A stretch of DNA of 64,000 nucleotides from an uncultured delta proteobacterium (GTDB lineage: Bacteria; Desulfobacterota; Desulfobaccia; Desulfobaccales; 0-14-0-80-60-11): assembly GCA_963812015.1 (NCBI GenBank), contig CAWETI010000003.1, positions 1,952,001-2,016,000 on the forward strand, written 5' to 3'. Every line of letters starts with the position of its first letter. Positions within the stretch are counted from its first letter, which is position 1. The position numbers and the translations under genes are program-made. The notes beneath the pieces were generated by a model that did not search any database, had not been told where the DNA came from, and worked only from the letters and a program-made list of their open reading frames with translations. Below, piece by piece: positions 29,398-41,030 of this stretch.

Positions 29398-30723
29398 ATG
29401 GAAAAGAAACGGAAGGACCTTCTGATGGAAATCTTCAGCGCCGGGCTGCGCGCCGTTGATCCTGAAGCGGCCGTCCGCTCCCAGGTAAGCCGGCAGAGGA
29501 ATTGTCTGACCGTAGGGGGGCGGGCATACGACTTGAATGATTTCCGTCGGGTCATCCTCATCGGCGCCGGCAAGGCCACCGCTCTTATGGCCAAAGCCTT
29601 GGAGGAGCTGCTTGAGGATTGCCTCACCGAGGGCCTCATCCTGGTAAAGCATGGCTATGCAGTTCCCTTGAGAAAAACGCGGGTCATTGAGGCAGGTCAT
29701 CCCATTCCCGATCAATCCGGCCGGGAGGGAACCGAAGAGATTATCCGTCTGCTGAGTGCCTGTTCGGAGAAAGACCTGGCAGTCTGTGCCTTCTCAGGCG
29801 GTGCCAGCGCTTTGCTGCCCGCCCCCGTACCACCCCTTAACCTCTCCCAGAAACAATCGACCACACAGCTGCTTCTGGAATGCGGGGCCGAAATTGGTGA
29901 GATCAACAGCATCCGCAAGCATCTTTCCCGGAGCAAAGGCGGCGGACTGGCCCGAGCGGCTTATCCGGCAACCCTGATCTCCCTTATCCTCTCGGATGTG
30001 GTGGGGGACCGGCTCGACGTCATCGCTTCCGGCCCCACGGTGCCCGATGCTAGCCGGTTTGCGGACTGTCTCGGCATCGTGGAACGGTATGGACTTTCTT
30101 CCCGTTTGCCAGGCCCGGTGTGGCAGTACCTCAAGGACGGAGCTGCTGGCCTCTTGCCGGAAACCCCCAAGGACGGCGATCACATCTTCGATAAGGTCCA
30201 GAATGTCGTGGTGGGCAATAACCGTATGGCGCTGCTGGCCGCACGAGATCAGGCGGAAGCCTTGGGCTTTCGAGCGCTTCTGCTAACATCCGGTCTCGAG
30301 GGCGAGGCACATCAGGTGGGGCGGATGCTGGTGGCGCTGGGAAAAGAAGTAGATTTTTCAGGTCACCCTGTGGCTCCTCCTGCCTGTCTGCTCGCCGGAG
30401 GGGAGACTACCGTCACCTTGCGGAGCCAGGGGAAAGGCGGCCGCAACCAGGAGCTGGCCCTGGCCGCAGCCATTGCCCTGGAAGGCTTGGACCGCATCAG
30501 CCTGCTCAGTGCCGGCACCGATGGTACCGACGGCCCCACCGATGCAGCCGGGGCCTTCGTTGATGGCGCCACCTGCCAGAGGGCCCGCGCCCGGGGCCTC
30601 GATCCTGCGGACTTTCTGTCCCGCAATGATTCATACCATTTTTTCGAATCCCTGGGGGATTTGCTGATCACGGGCCCGACCCGGACGAACGTCATGGACA
30701 TCATCTGCTTGCTTATCGAATGA
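29398..30723 (+). CDS. Glycerate 2-kinase (class II, MOFRL family)
   Basis: GAGKA, SGGASAL, SDVVGD, IASGPT, GGETTV, GGRNQE, GTDGTDGP, GPTRTNVMD. Confidence 0.92.
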   Translation: MEKKRKDLLMEIFSAGLRAVDPEAAVRSQVSRQRNCLTVGGRAYDLNDFRRVILIGAGKATALMAKALEELLEDCLTEGLILVKHGYAVPLRKTRVIEAGHPIPDQSGREGTEEIIRLLSACSEKDLAVCAFSGGASALLPAPVPPLNLSQKQSTTQLLLECGAEIGEINSIRKHLSRSKGGGLARAAYPATLISLILSDVVGDRLDVIASGPTVPDASRFADCLGIVERYGLSSRLPGPVWQYLKDGAAGLLPETPKDGDHIFDKVQNVVVGNNRMALLAARDQAEALGFRALLLTSGLEGEAHQVGRMLVALGKEVDFSGHPVAPPACLLAGGETTVTLRSQGKGGRNQELALAAAIALEGLDRISLLSAGTDGTDGPTDAAGAFVDGATCQRARARGLDPADFLSRNDSYHFFESLGDLLITGPTRTNVMDIICLLIE

Positions 30724-30776
30724 CCATTTCTTCATCGGTGTTGGGCGACTTTATTCGTTATAAAACCATGCTTCTC

Positions 30777-32765
30777 TCAGGGAATCTCTTGCGAGCCTTC
30801 GAAGGCGGCGGCGCTCTTCGGGGCAAAACGCACCCGTTCCCCGAGCCCCACGGTTACCAGCATCTCATTGGTGCGGCTGACCAACCCATGGAGCCAGGCG
30901 GCGGCGGTCTGCAAACGGCAATCTTCCTGGCATTCTTGGAGGACCAGGCCGGTAGCTCCCAATTCAAAAGGAGCCAGGAGGTCTTCCGGCTGGAGAATCT
31001 TCAGGCAATCCCACCACACCGTATCCGGAGCCTTGAGTTCCTCCCGGCTGGTCAGGCCACGCAAACAGGCAAAGGTTATCTCCCGGGGTCCTTTGCTGAG
31101 AATTGCCGTCACTTGGCGGCGCATTGCCGTGGGCCCCAGGCGCCGGATATTGATGGCGTAGGCGGGGCACTGGGACGCACACAGGCCACAGGCGATGCAG
31201 GTTTCCTCGGGAAACACCGCCTGATTTTCCATGTGGGGCACCAAAAAGGGGCAGCACCGCATACAGGTGAGACAAAGGACGCATTTGCGGTCAATCACCT
31301 CAGCCCCCCGGCCACAGTGCAGGCAGCGTCGGGCCTCGATCAAAGCATCTTTTTCCTCATAGACCACTTCGGCGCTGTCAAAATCCTTCAGCCGATCCGC
31401 CACCGGGCGCTCTTGGATGGGGCGGCTGGGGACACGGCAGATCCTGGCGGCCTGCTCCTTCGGCAACCTCGGGTTGGGCCGGGGACAGTCTTCCGACACG
31501 GTAAGGTACCGGCCGCTGCGGAGAAAATGGTCGATGGCCCCGGCAGCTTTCCGGCCGCTGGCCGCGGCGGCTACGGCCAGGGTGGGCCCGGTAAAGATTT
31601 CGCCCGCCAGAAATATGCCGGCCCCAAACACCCCGGGGAGCGAGGTGGCCATGGTCTGCCGGTCCACCCGCAACCCTGGTCCTGCCAATTCCAGCCCTTC
31701 CTGCAGGGCGGCGTCCAGTTCCGCCTCCTGTCCGATTGCAAAGATCACCGTATCTGCGGCCAGACGCTGGGTCCGCGTCTCATCGTAGGTGGGGGCAAAC
31801 CGGCCCATGTCATCGAAGAGGGAGGTGCAGGCCATCAATTCAATGCCCTGCACCCGCCCCCCCTCGGCCTGCACCACTTTGGGGGCCCATTGATAAATGA
31901 GGTCGATGATTTCTTCCTTGGTGCGTTCGGTTTCCACCGGCGATGCAAAAAGCTGATTGGGAGCTTCCATGCAAACCATCAACACTTCCGGAGCCCCCAG
32001 TCGTTTCACGGCCCGGGCGGCATCCATGGCTACGTTGCCGCAACCCACAATCAACACTTTCTCGCCCAGAGGCGGAAGCTGCCCCTGAGCCACCTGGCGC
32101 AAAAAGGGAAGCGCCAGATGCACCCCGTCTGCGTGCATCCCGGGAACCGGCAGGCTTCGGCCTTTCTGCAAGCCGATGGCCAGCATAATAGCTTGATAGC
32201 CTCGTTCGCGTAAGTCCTGGAGGGAAAAATGCTTTCCCCAGGTCTGGCCGGTGCGGAACTCTGCTCCCAAGGCTTCCAATTCTTTCAGGTCCTCCCACAC
32301 CACGGCTTTGGGGAGGCGAAACTTGGGCACCACCTGCATGGGCATGCCCCCGGGCTCTGATTCCCGCTCGAAGAGCGTCACCGGATAACCCTGGAGCAGC
32401 AAATCCCGTGCGGCCGCCAAGCCGGCCGGACCGCTACCGACGATGGCCACGCGCTGGGGCCGGGTCAAGGAGGCCCGCTTATAGCGGCGCCGCCGGTATT
32501 CCCGGGTATGGTCCATGACAAAGCGCTTTAAGGCCCGAATGGCCAGGGGGCCTTCCACATATTGCCGCCGACAGGCATCTTCACACGGATGGGCACAGAT
32601 AGAGGCGCAGACGGAAGCAATCACATTGTTCGCCGTGATCACTTCCATGGCTTCTTCATAACGGCCCTGGAAGATGAGGCCGACATAGCCCCTGGCATCG
32701 GTGCCCACCGGACAGGCGGCAGTGCAGGGAGGGAGCAACTCTTCCCGACTCTTGGATTCCATCAT
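30777..32765 (-). CDS. GltD/NfnB-like FAD/NAD(P) oxidoreductase with ferredoxin and MvhD-like C-terminal domain
   Basis: PCTAACP, ICAHPCEDACRR, GSGPAG, GCGNVAMD, EARRCLHC, two ferredoxin motifs, tail FACL...C...FELGATGL...C..DC. Confidence 0.85.
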   Translation of the reverse strand: MMESKSREELLPPCTAACPVGTDARGYVGLIFQGRYEEAMEVITANNVIASVCASICAHPCEDACRRQYVEGPLAIRALKRFVMDHTREYRRRRYKRASLTRPQRVAIVGSGPAGLAAARDLLLQGYPVTLFERESEPGGMPMQVVPKFRLPKAVVWEDLKELEALGAEFRTGQTWGKHFSLQDLRERGYQAIMLAIGLQKGRSLPVPGMHADGVHLALPFLRQVAQGQLPPLGEKVLIVGCGNVAMDAARAVKRLGAPEVLMVCMEAPNQLFASPVETERTKEEIIDLIYQWAPKVVQAEGGRVQGIELMACTSLFDDMGRFAPTYDETRTQRLAADTVIFAIGQEAELDAALQEGLELAGPGLRVDRQTMATSLPGVFGAGIFLAGEIFTGPTLAVAAAASGRKAAGAIDHFLRSGRYLTVSEDCPRPNPRLPKEQAARICRVPSRPIQERPVADRLKDFDSAEVVYEEKDALIEARRCLHCGRGAEVIDRKCVLCLTCMRCCPFLVPHMENQAVFPEETCIACGLCASQCPAYAINIRRLGPTAMRRQVTAILSKGPREITFACLRGLTSREELKAPDTVWWDCLKILQPEDLLAPFELGATGLVLQECQEDCRLQTAAAWLHGLVSRTNEMLVTVGLGERVRFAPKSAAAFEGSQEIP

Positions 32766-32998
32766 CTTTCCTCGCTGATGGTGGGGGCAAGGCTAATACC
32801 AGAGGATCATACCACATCCTGCCATGATTGAGATACCTCGTTCAGGTCTTCGCAGGTTTAGGCGATAGCTTATTTTATGGCCTGGCGGAATATTTTGTCC
32901 GGCTGGCAACTAACTGCTAGAAAAATTACGCATTCCATTTTGCCTTGGCAAACCAAAGAGTTATAATGTCACCAAATCAGTTTAGCCGGACATTCCCT

Positions 32999-34339
32999 AT
33001 GACGCCTGGTCTAGCCATTCTCATCGTCGATGATGAACCCAACATCCGCAAGACCCTGTCGATGGTTTTGGAGGCAGAGGGCCATCGCGTGGTAGCCGTG
33101 AGCAATTTTAAGGACGCGGTGGCCGAATCCTCCCGCCGGTTTTTTGATATGGCCCTGGTGGATTTGCGCCTGGGAACGGAGTCGGGACTGGAATTGATCC
33201 CGGCTCTGCTGACCAATTGTCCCTGGCTGAAGATCGTGGTGATCACGGCCTACGCTTCCATCGACACGGCAGTGGAAGCCATGCGCCGGGGCGCCTTTGA
33301 CTACCTGCCCAAGCCGTTCGCCCCCGAACAGGTGATGCTGGTAATCCGCAAGATCGCCGAGGTACGAACGCTGGAGCAGCGGGTGGCAGCGCTCCAGGAA
33401 GCCCTCAACGAGGCCGCGCCGGAGGCGGATCTGAGCAGCCGGAGCGTGGCCATGCAAAAAACCCTGGCGCTGGCCCAACGGGTGGCGGACAGCGACGCCA
33501 CCCTGTTGATTCGGGGGGAAAGCGGCACGGGCAAGACCATCCTGGCCCGGGCGATCCATGCCTGGGGGCGTCGCGCCGCCAGAAATTTTAGTGTGATCTC
33601 TTGCCCTTCCTTGTCGGCGGAGCTTTTGGAGAGCGAACTGTTCGGCCATGTCAAAGGGGCCTTTACCGGGGCGCTGCGGGATCATTTGGGGCGGATTGCC
33701 GCTTGCGAGGGCGGCACCCTGTTCCTCGACGAAATCGGGGACTTACCGCTGCCGTTGCAGGCCAAGCTGTTGCGGGTGCTCCAAGAAAAAGAGTACGAAC
33801 GGGTCGGCGAGGTGGCAACCCGCAAGGCCGACGTCCGGATCATTACGGCCACCAGCGTTGATCTGGCCGCGGCGGTCAAGGCCGGCCGGTTTCGGGAAGA
33901 TCTGTTCTATCGCTTAAACGTGGTGGATATTGTAGTGCCGCCTTTGCGCGAGCGCCAAGAGGATATCCTGCCCCTGGCGGAGCGCCTGCTGGCTTTTTTG
34001 GCCCGACAGAACCATCGCCGCATCCTGGGTTTCAGCGAGGCGGCTGAAGCGGCGCTCCAACACTACCCCTGGCCCGGCAACGTCCGGGAATTGCGCAATG
34101 TCATCGAGCGGGCGGTCCTGCTGGGTACGGGTCAGACCATTGGCGTGGAGTGTATGCCGATGCACCTCACCCCGGGGCCGCTTTCGCCTCACGTGGGGGA
34201 TCCGGTGCCCCTGGAGGCCATCGAGGAATTGCATATCCGCCAGGTGCTGGCGGCCAGTAAATCTTTGGATGAGGCGGCCAGGATTCTGGGCATGGACCCG
34301 GTCACCCTCTGGCGCCGACGCAAAAAATACGGCGTGTGA
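32999..34339 (+). CDS. Sigma-54-dependent response regulator (AlgB/NtrC-like)
   Basis: REC domain (IVDDE, DLRL), [28 protein letters not shown], Fis-type HTH; start uncertain (32966 or 32999). Confidence 0.92.
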   Translation: MTPGLAILIVDDEPNIRKTLSMVLEAEGHRVVAVSNFKDAVAESSRRFFDMALVDLRLGTESGLELIPALLTNCPWLKIVVITAYASIDTAVEAMRRGAFDYLPKPFAPEQVMLVIRKIAEVRTLEQRVAALQEALNEAAPEADLSSRSVAMQKTLALAQRVADSDATLLIRGESGTGKTILARAIHAWGRRAARNFSVISCPSLSAELLESELFGHVKGAFTGALRDHLGRIAACEGGTLFLDEIGDLPLPLQAKLLRVLQEKEYERVGEVATRKADVRIITATSVDLAAAVKAGRFREDLFYRLNVVDIVVPPLRERQEDILPLAERLLAFLARQNHRRILGFSEAAEAALQHYPWPGNVRELRNVIERAVLLGTGQTIGVECMPMHLTPGPLSPHVGDPVPLEAIEELHIRQVLAASKSLDEAARILGMDPVTLWRRRKKYGV

Positions 34340-34465
34340 CCCTCTCTTGCATTTTGCAATATCTGCACCAGCCATACCCTGCATCTTGAAACCTCACCTT
34401 GCGGTTCAAGCCGCGCCGACTTATTAATTAAGTAAGTATTTTAGCCAATTAAAAATTACCGACCA

Positions 34466-34482
34466 TCGGCATGGGGATTGCA
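34466..34482 (+). promoter_or_regulatory. Sigma-54 (-24/-12) promoter upstream of the kinase-kdp operon
   Basis: tcGGCAtggggaTTGCa with exact GG-N10-GC spacing; AT-rich tract and a TTGCA-ttt-TGCAA palindrome (34347-34359) upstream. Confidence 0.7.
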
Positions 34483-34506
34483 TTCTCTCCGCTAGGGAGC
34501 AATTCT

Positions 34507-36336
34507 ATGGGTATCAGAACCAAAATGGTAATTGCCTTCGCCGGCCTTTTGCTGATTGTAGCCGCGGTGGGCGTGGAGAGCATCTATACCCTCAATGAAT
34601 CAAGCAAGGCCATAGCACTCATCTTGCGAGAAAATTATGACTCGGTGGCAGCTTGTGACCATATGAAGGGGGCCCAGGAGAAACTTGATCGCCAGGCTGA
34701 GCTGTGCTTGTTAGAAGACCGGCCTGACGTCTGCCGGCAAAGCGAGCCGGTCTTGGTTGAGTTCGAGAAGAGCCTGGGAATTCAACAGGGCAACGTCACC
34801 CTTCCCGGCGAGCAGGAACTCACCGATAAGCTCACGGCTGCTTGGAAAGGCTACAGGCAAGATCTGGAAAATTTCTACAAACTGGCTGATCTAACCGCAC
34901 GTCGAGAATTATATCGCCAGCGGCTCCTGCCGCAATCCCAGGCAATCAGGGAGGGGGCTCAAAAAATCATCGATGCGAATTTAAACAATATGGTGGCCGC
35001 GGACGGCCAGGCCCAACTTCGGGTGGCTCAGACCAGAAAGGCCATGCTCTTTTTACTGTTCATCGCCATCATCATGGGCGCCGGCTTCACTCTCCTGGCG
35101 GGACCGGCGATTTTGAAACCCATTGCCAGCCTAACCCGGTCAGTCAGGGAAATCCAGAAGGGCAACCTAGATCTGGTGGTCAACGTCCACTCCCAGGACG
35201 AAATCGGGCAATTGGGCGAAGCCTTTAATCAGATGGCCACGAGCCTGCGAGAGTTCAGGCGCAGCGACCGGGCCCACCTGTTGCGCACCCAGCATTCGAC
35301 CCAACTGGCCTTGGACAGTCTGAGCGATGCCGTGGCCATTTGCAACTGTGAGGGAAAGATTGATCTGGCCAATGATGCCGCCCAGCGCCTCTTTGGGTTG
35401 GTGCCCGAATCAACGGTGGATGAGGCGGGAAATGAAAAAATCGCCCAGATGTTCGTGCGGGTCTGCCAAGAGGAGCGTTCTTTTCAGCCCAAGGGTTATG
35501 ACGCGGCGATCCAGATCTTTATGGGAGAAGAAGAGCATTTTTTCCTGCCCCAGGCTATTCCCATCTTTGATCAACCACGTCAACTCGTGGGGGTAACCCT
35601 AATGCTTACGGATGTGACGCGCTTGCGCCGTCTGGATGAGGTCAAGAACGGCTTGATTTCCACGGTCTCTCATGAGTTGAAAACGCCCCTGACCTCGATG
35701 CGCTTGGCGATTCATGTGCTCCTGAACGAAAAGCTCGGTCCTTTATCCCCCCAACAGATGGAGATTCTGGCCACGGCGCGCCAGGATAGCGATCGCCTGA
35801 ATCGGGTTATTGAAGATCTGCTGGATATCAGCCTCATAGAGTCGGGCGGCGCTGAGATTCAGTTGGAGCCGGTCAATGTGGAAAACCTGGTCTTGCAGGT
35901 GGCGGAAAAAGTGAGATCGGCTTTCCTGGATAAGAAAATCACGCTGCACCTTGATGTGGCGGCGGATGTGCCGCAGGTGCTCATCGATCCTACCCGCTTT
36001 CAGTTGGTGTTCGATAATCTTCTCAATAACGCGCTTAAATACACGCCTTCCGGTGGTAAGGTGAGCATTGCGGCCCGCTCCAAAGATAGCATGGTTCAAT
36101 TTGTCGTGAAGGATTCCGGCATTGGTATTGCCCCGGAGTACCTGCCCCGCATCTTCGAAAAGTTCTTCCGGGTGCCGGGACAAGACCATATCGGCTCGGG
36201 CCTAGGCCTTACTATTGCTAAAGAAATCGTAGAAGCGCACCACGGCACCATTACTGTCGCCAGCCAGCCGAGAAAGGGGACTAAATTTACCTTTTCCGTA
36301 CAGGCCGTGACAGAGCGCGGAACAGAGCTAATCTGA
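34507..36336 (+). CDS. Sensor histidine kinase (KinB-like: 4-helix periplasmic domain, HAMP, PAS, HisKA, HATPase)
   Basis: Two TMs, DEIGQLGEAFNQM, SHELKTPLTS, NLLNNALKYT, DSGIGI, GSGLGL. Confidence 0.92.
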   Translation: MGIRTKMVIAFAGLLLIVAAVGVESIYTLNESSKAIALILRENYDSVAACDHMKGAQEKLDRQAELCLLEDRPDVCRQSEPVLVEFEKSLGIQQGNVTLPGEQELTDKLTAAWKGYRQDLENFYKLADLTARRELYRQRLLPQSQAIREGAQKIIDANLNNMVAADGQAQLRVAQTRKAMLFLLFIAIIMGAGFTLLAGPAILKPIASLTRSVREIQKGNLDLVVNVHSQDEIGQLGEAFNQMATSLREFRRSDRAHLLRTQHSTQLALDSLSDAVAICNCEGKIDLANDAAQRLFGLVPESTVDEAGNEKIAQMFVRVCQEERSFQPKGYDAAIQIFMGEEEHFFLPQAIPIFDQPRQLVGVTLMLTDVTRLRRLDEVKNGLISTVSHELKTPLTSMRLAIHVLLNEKLGPLSPQQMEILATARQDSDRLNRVIEDLLDISLIESGGAEIQLEPVNVENLVLQVAEKVRSAFLDKKITLHLDVAADVPQVLIDPTRFQLVFDNLLNNALKYTPSGGKVSIAARSKDSMVQFVVKDSGIGIAPEYLPRIFEKFFRVPGQDHIGSGLGLTIAKEIVEAHHGTITVASQPRKGTKFTFSVQAVTERGTELI

Positions 36337-36367
36337 AAACTAACCAAAGCACAAGGAGTTATTGCTT

Positions 36368-36466
36368 ATGGACGTCGTCTGGATAATCATCCCCCTCATT
36401 TTCTTTGGCGTATGTCTGGCCTACGTCGGCTTCTTGGCCAAGGAGGGCAAGACATGGAAAACCTGA
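36368..36466 (+). CDS. Small hydrophobic membrane peptide (32 aa) upstream of kdpF; not in the ORF track
   Basis: MDVVWIIIPLIFFGVCLAYVGFLAKEGKTWKT*; aaggag RBS; overlaps the kdpF start. Confidence 0.65.
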   Translation: MDVVWIIIPLIFFGVCLAYVGFLAKEGKTWKT

Positions 36467-36537
36467 TCGTGGGCGGCGTGGCCATTGTTTTGATCATCTA
36501 TCTTTTTGTGGTATTGCTGCGCCCTCATAAGTTTTAA
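36454..36537 (+). CDS. kdpF: K+-transporting ATPase subunit F; not in the ORF track
   Basis: MENLIVGGVAIVLIIYLFVVLLRPHKF* matches the YLxxxLLxPExF-like motif; aggag RBS; directly before kdpA. Confidence 0.85.
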   Translation: MENLIVGGVAIVLIIYLFVVLLRPHKF

Positions 36538-36552
36538 CCGGGAGAAACCTGT

Positions 36553-38355
36553 ATGAACGTGAATGGCTGGATACAGTTAGCTTTTTTCAGCATCCTGCTG
36601 TTGGCCCTGACGAAACCCATGGGCCTGTACCTGGTGCGGGTGCTTGATGTCAACGGGCGAACCTGCCTCGATCCGGCGTTGAAGCCGGTGGAACGCCTGA
36701 TCTATCGTGTCGCCGGGATTGATCCGGCCAAAGAGCAGGATTGGAAGGGCTATGCTATTTCCGTCCTGATCTTCAGCCTGGTCACCATGCTGTTGACTTA
36801 CCTCATCCTGCGGCTGCAAGGGGTGCTGCCCCTTAATCCCCAGGGGTTTAGTGGGGTGGCCGGTGATCTTTCCTTCAATACCGCCGCCAGTTTCACTACC
36901 AACACCAACTGGCAGAACTACAGCGGTGAAAGCACCATGTCTTATATTTCCCAGATGGTGGGGTTGGCTTCGCACAACTTCTTCTCGGCCGCGGTGGGGA
37001 TCGCCATTGCTGCGGCCCTGGTCCGGGGCATCGCCCGGGATAAGGCGGCGACCCTGGGCAACTTCTGGACTGATCTGACCCGGACCTGCCTCTATCTGCT
37101 ACTGCCTATCTGTCTGGTTTTTGCGGTGTTCCTGGTCTCCCAGGGGATGATCCAGAACTACAGCGCCTACACGACCGCCAAGGTGGTGGAACCTTATACC
37201 ACCCAGATCCCCAAAAAAGACGCCGGCGGCCAGGAGGTCAAGGACGCCCAGGGCAACACGGTCATGCAAGACGTCAAAGTCGAAACCCAGACGATTCCCC
37301 AAGGCCCCGTGGCCTCCCAGGTGGCCATCAAGATGCTGGGCACCAACGGCGGCGGCTTTTTCAACGCCAATGCCGCGCATCCCTTTGAGAACCCAACGCC
37401 GCTGTCGAATTTTATTCAGATATTATCCATCTTCTTGATACCTGCGGGCATGACCTATTACCTGGGCCGTATGGTGGGCAACCAGAAACACGGCTGGTCG
37501 GTGTGGTCCGCCATGTTCCTGCTGTTCCTGGTGGGGATCCTGGTCTGTTGGTACGCCGAGGCGCACGGTAACCCCCGCCTGACGGCCTTGGGGATCGACC
37601 AAACCTGCGGCAACCTGGAAGGCAAGGAAGTGCGGTTCGGCATCTTCAATTCTTCGCTGTTCGCCACAGTGACCACGGATGCCTCGTGCGGCGCGGTCAA
37701 CTCCATGCACGACTCCTTCACGCCGCTGGGCGGGCTGGTACCGATGTTTAATATCCAGTTGGGCGAGGTCGTCTTCGGCGGGGTGGGCGCCGGCCTCTTC
37801 GGCATGTTAGTCTTTGTCGTGCTGGCCATCTTCCTGGCCGGCCTCATGGTGGGCCGCACCCCGGAATACCTGGGAAAGAAGATCGAGTCCTTTGACGTCC
37901 AGGTGGCGGCCCTGGCCATTCTGGTGCCCATTGTGTTTCTGCTGGGCTTCAGCGCCGCGGCCGCTACGACCGAGTGGGGAGTCAAGGCCCTGAACAATGC
38001 CGGTCCTCACGGTTTCAGCGAAATGCTCTATGCCTTTACTTCGTGTATCGGCAATAATGGCAGCGCCTTTGCGGGCCTCTCGGGCAATACTCCTTGGTAT
38101 AATTTGACGCTTGGTCTGGCCACGCTCGTCGGGCGCTTCCTGCTCATCGTGCCGGTGCTGGCCCTGGCCGGGAGCCTGGGGCGCAAAAAGACCGTACCCC
38201 AAAGTGCCGGCAGTTTTCCGGTCTCCGGGCCCACCTTCACCTTTCTGCTTATCGGCACCGTAGTCATCGTCGGGGCCCTGACCTTCTTCCCGGCCCTTAG
38301 TCTCGGCCCCATTGTCGAGCACTTCTTGATGATCAACTCTAACAAACTGTTTTAA
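36553..38355 (+). CDS. kdpA: K+-transporting ATPase subunit A
   Basis: [50 protein letters not shown]. Confidence 0.97.
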   Translation: MNVNGWIQLAFFSILLLALTKPMGLYLVRVLDVNGRTCLDPALKPVERLIYRVAGIDPAKEQDWKGYAISVLIFSLVTMLLTYLILRLQGVLPLNPQGFSGVAGDLSFNTAASFTTNTNWQNYSGESTMSYISQMVGLASHNFFSAAVGIAIAAALVRGIARDKAATLGNFWTDLTRTCLYLLLPICLVFAVFLVSQGMIQNYSAYTTAKVVEPYTTQIPKKDAGGQEVKDAQGNTVMQDVKVETQTIPQGPVASQVAIKMLGTNGGGFFNANAAHPFENPTPLSNFIQILSIFLIPAGMTYYLGRMVGNQKHGWSVWSAMFLLFLVGILVCWYAEAHGNPRLTALGIDQTCGNLEGKEVRFGIFNSSLFATVTTDASCGAVNSMHDSFTPLGGLVPMFNIQLGEVVFGGVGAGLFGMLVFVVLAIFLAGLMVGRTPEYLGKKIESFDVQVAALAILVPIVFLLGFSAAAATTEWGVKALNNAGPHGFSEMLYAFTSCIGNNGSAFAGLSGNTPWYNLTLGLATLVGRFLLIVPVLALAGSLGRKKTVPQSAGSFPVSGPTFTFLLIGTVVIVGALTFFPALSLGPIVEHFLMINSNKLF

Positions 38356-38366
38356 GGACATTGACT

Positions 38367-40397
38367 ATGGCTGCCAAAATAAAAGCTCATTCGTTGTTTG
38401 ATAAGACGATACTCATACCGGCGATCTGGGATTCCTTTCGCAAACTGGCCCCGCGCCTGATGGTGCGGAACCCGGTGATGTTTGTGGCCATGGTGGGAGC
38501 AGTAGTGACCACGGCCAAGCTCTTCTATACTCCGCTCCACGGTGGGTCCTTCGGCTTTTTCGTGCAGATTGCCCTCTGGCTCTGGTTCACGGTGTTGTTC
38601 GCCAATTTTGCGGAGGCTATGGCAGAAGGCCGGGGCAAGGCCCAGGCGGCCACCCTGCGCAAGGCCCGCACCCAAACCCTGGCGAATCGGCGTCTCCCCA
38701 ATGGCGTCATCGAGACCGTGCCGGCAGAGTCCCTGCGCAAGGACGATATCTTCGTGGTCATAGCCGGGGAGGCGATCCCGGCGGATGGCGAAGTCATTCA
38801 GGGCGCCGCGACCGTGGATGAGTCGGCCATCACCGGTGAGTCCGCCCCGGTCATTCGCGAGGCCGGCGGCGACCGCAGCGCCGTGACCGGCGGCACCCGG
38901 GTGCTCTCGGATGAAATCGTGGTGCGGGTCACCGCCAACCCGGGGGAAAGTTTCATGGACCGGATGATCGGTCTCATCGAGGGGGCCAGCCGCCAGAAAA
39001 CCCCCAACGAAATCGCCCTGACCATCCTGCTGGCAGCCCTGACCATCATCTTTCTCGTGGTTATTGTAACCTTGAAACCCTTCGGGGCTTATGCCGGGGT
39101 AGCGTTTTCGGTCCCGGTCCTGGCCGCCTTGCTGGTCTGCCTGATCCCCACAACCATCGGGGGGCTGTTGAGCGCCATCGGCATTGCCGGCATTGACCGG
39201 CTGGTGCAGAAAAACGTGCTGGCCATGAGCGGCCGGGCCGCGGAGGCCGCGGGCGACGTGGACGTGCTGCTGCTGGACAAGACCGGGACCATCACCCTGG
39301 GCAATCGCCAGGCGGTGGAGTTCCTCCCCGCCCCCGGCGTGGAAGTGAAAGAACTGGCCAATGTGGCGCAACTGGCCTCCCTGGCTGATGAAACCCCTGA
39401 GGGCCGCAGCATCGTGGTGCTGGCCAAAGAACACGGCTTGCGGGGGCGGGACCTGCATGAGTTCCCCCAGGCCCGTTTCGTGCCTTTTTCGGCCAAGACC
39501 CGCATGAGCGGCCTCGATATCGACGGGGACCGCTTCCGGAAGGGGGCTGCGGATGCTGTGCGTGATTTTGTCGGCTCGTCACTGCCCAAAGAAGTGGAGG
39601 GCGAGATCGAGCGCATCGGCTTCTTGGGCGGCACGCCCCTGGTGGTGGCCAGCGCCGAAAAAGTCTTTGGCACCATTTATCTCAAAGACATTGTCAAGGG
39701 CGGTCTGCCGGACCGCTTTGAGCGCTTCCGGGCCATGGGGATCAAAACCATCATGATCACCGGCGACAATCCGCTGACCGCCGCGGCCATCGCCAAAGAG
39801 GCGGGGGTGGATGATTTCCTGGCCGAAGCCAAGCCCGAAGACAAGCTGGCCCTGATTCGCCGCCAGCAGGCGGCCGGACACCTGGTGGCCATGACCGGAG
39901 ATGGGACCAACGACGCGCCGGCGCTGGCCCAGGCCGACGTGGGGGTGGCCATGAATACCGGCACCCAGGCGGCCAAAGAGGCCGGCAACATGGTGGACCT
40001 GGATTCGAACCCGACCAAGCTCATCGAGGTCGTGGAAATCGGCAAACAGTTGCTCATGACCCGGGGAGCCCTGACTACCTTCAGCGTGGCCAACGATGTG
40101 GCCAAATACTTTGCCATCATCCCCGCCATGTTGATGGCGACCTTTCCGCAAATTGCCCCGTTCAATATCATGAAACTGGCGTCGCCGGAAAGCGCCATCC
40201 TCAGCGCGGTGATCTTCAACGCCCTGATTATCATTGCCCTGGTGCCCCTGGCCCTAAAAGGCATCAAGTTCCGGCCGTTAGGGGCGGTGGCGATCCTGCG
40301 GCGTAACTTGCTAATCTATGGTCTGGGCGGGGTGGTGGCGCCGTTCATCGGCATTAAGCTCATCGACTTGATTATCGTAGCCTTTCGACTGGTTTAA
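38367..40397 (+). CDS. kdpB: K+-transporting ATPase subunit B (P-type ATPase)
   Basis: [33 protein letters not shown]. Confidence 0.97.
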   Translation: MAAKIKAHSLFDKTILIPAIWDSFRKLAPRLMVRNPVMFVAMVGAVVTTAKLFYTPLHGGSFGFFVQIALWLWFTVLFANFAEAMAEGRGKAQAATLRKARTQTLANRRLPNGVIETVPAESLRKDDIFVVIAGEAIPADGEVIQGAATVDESAITGESAPVIREAGGDRSAVTGGTRVLSDEIVVRVTANPGESFMDRMIGLIEGASRQKTPNEIALTILLAALTIIFLVVIVTLKPFGAYAGVAFSVPVLAALLVCLIPTTIGGLLSAIGIAGIDRLVQKNVLAMSGRAAEAAGDVDVLLLDKTGTITLGNRQAVEFLPAPGVEVKELANVAQLASLADETPEGRSIVVLAKEHGLRGRDLHEFPQARFVPFSAKTRMSGLDIDGDRFRKGAADAVRDFVGSSLPKEVEGEIERIGFLGGTPLVVASAEKVFGTIYLKDIVKGGLPDRFERFRAMGIKTIMITGDNPLTAAAIAKEAGVDDFLAEAKPEDKLALIRRQQAAGHLVAMTGDGTNDAPALAQADVGVAMNTGTQAAKEAGNMVDLDSNPTKLIEVVEIGKQLLMTRGALTTFSVANDVAKYFAIIPAMLMATFPQIAPFNIMKLASPESAILSAVIFNALIIIALVPLALKGIKFRPLGAVAILRRNLLIYGLGGVVAPFIGIKLIDLIIVAFRLV

Positions 40398-40421
40398 GTT
40401 TTCTTGTAAGGGGAATGAATA

Positions 40422-41030
40422 ATGAATGCTCAGGAACTGTTACAGGAAGTCAAAATGTCGGTGCTGGTCACGGTGGTCCTGGTAATCTTGTTATGCGGGG
40501 TTTACCCCCTGGTGGTGTGGGGCATTGCCCAAATAGCTTTTCCAAGTCAAGCCAACGGCTCTTTGGTGGCACGACAGGGTCAGGTTGTGGGCAGCGCCCT
40601 CATTGCCCAAAATTTTACCAGCCCGCAGTATTTCCACCCGCGACCCTCGGCTGCGGGCGACGTCAGCTATGACGGCACCAGCTCCGGCGGCAGCAACCTA
40701 GGGCCCCTGTCTCAAAAGCTCGTGGATCAAATAAAGGAACGCCTGGCCGCGTATCGGGCAGAAAACCATCTGGCCCCCAATATTCCCATCCCGGCGGATG
40801 CCGTAACCGCCTCCGGAAGCGGCCTGGACCCCCACATCAGCCTGAAAAATGCGGAGATCCAGGCAGCCCGGGTGGCAATCGCCCGGGGACTAAACCTGGA
40901 CCAGGTCGCTCAACTCATTGAGACCTGTATTGACGGCCCTGGCCTGGGTTTCCTGGGTGAGCCGGGGGTCAATGTACTCAGGGCCAACCTGGCCCTGGAC
41001 GCGCTGGCGAGTGGGTCCCATGGCGGATGA
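40422..41030 (+). CDS. kdpC: K+-transporting ATPase subunit C
   Basis: QANGSL, YFHPRPSA, SGGSNLGP, DAVTASGSGLDPHIS, GEPGVNVL. Confidence 0.96.
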   Translation: MNAQELLQEVKMSVLVTVVLVILLCGVYPLVVWGIAQIAFPSQANGSLVARQGQVVGSALIAQNFTSPQYFHPRPSAAGDVSYDGTSSGGSNLGPLSQKLVDQIKERLAAYRAENHLAPNIPIPADAVTASGSGLDPHISLKNAEIQAARVAIARGLNLDQVAQLIETCIDGPGLGFLGEPGVNVLRANLALDALASGSHGG

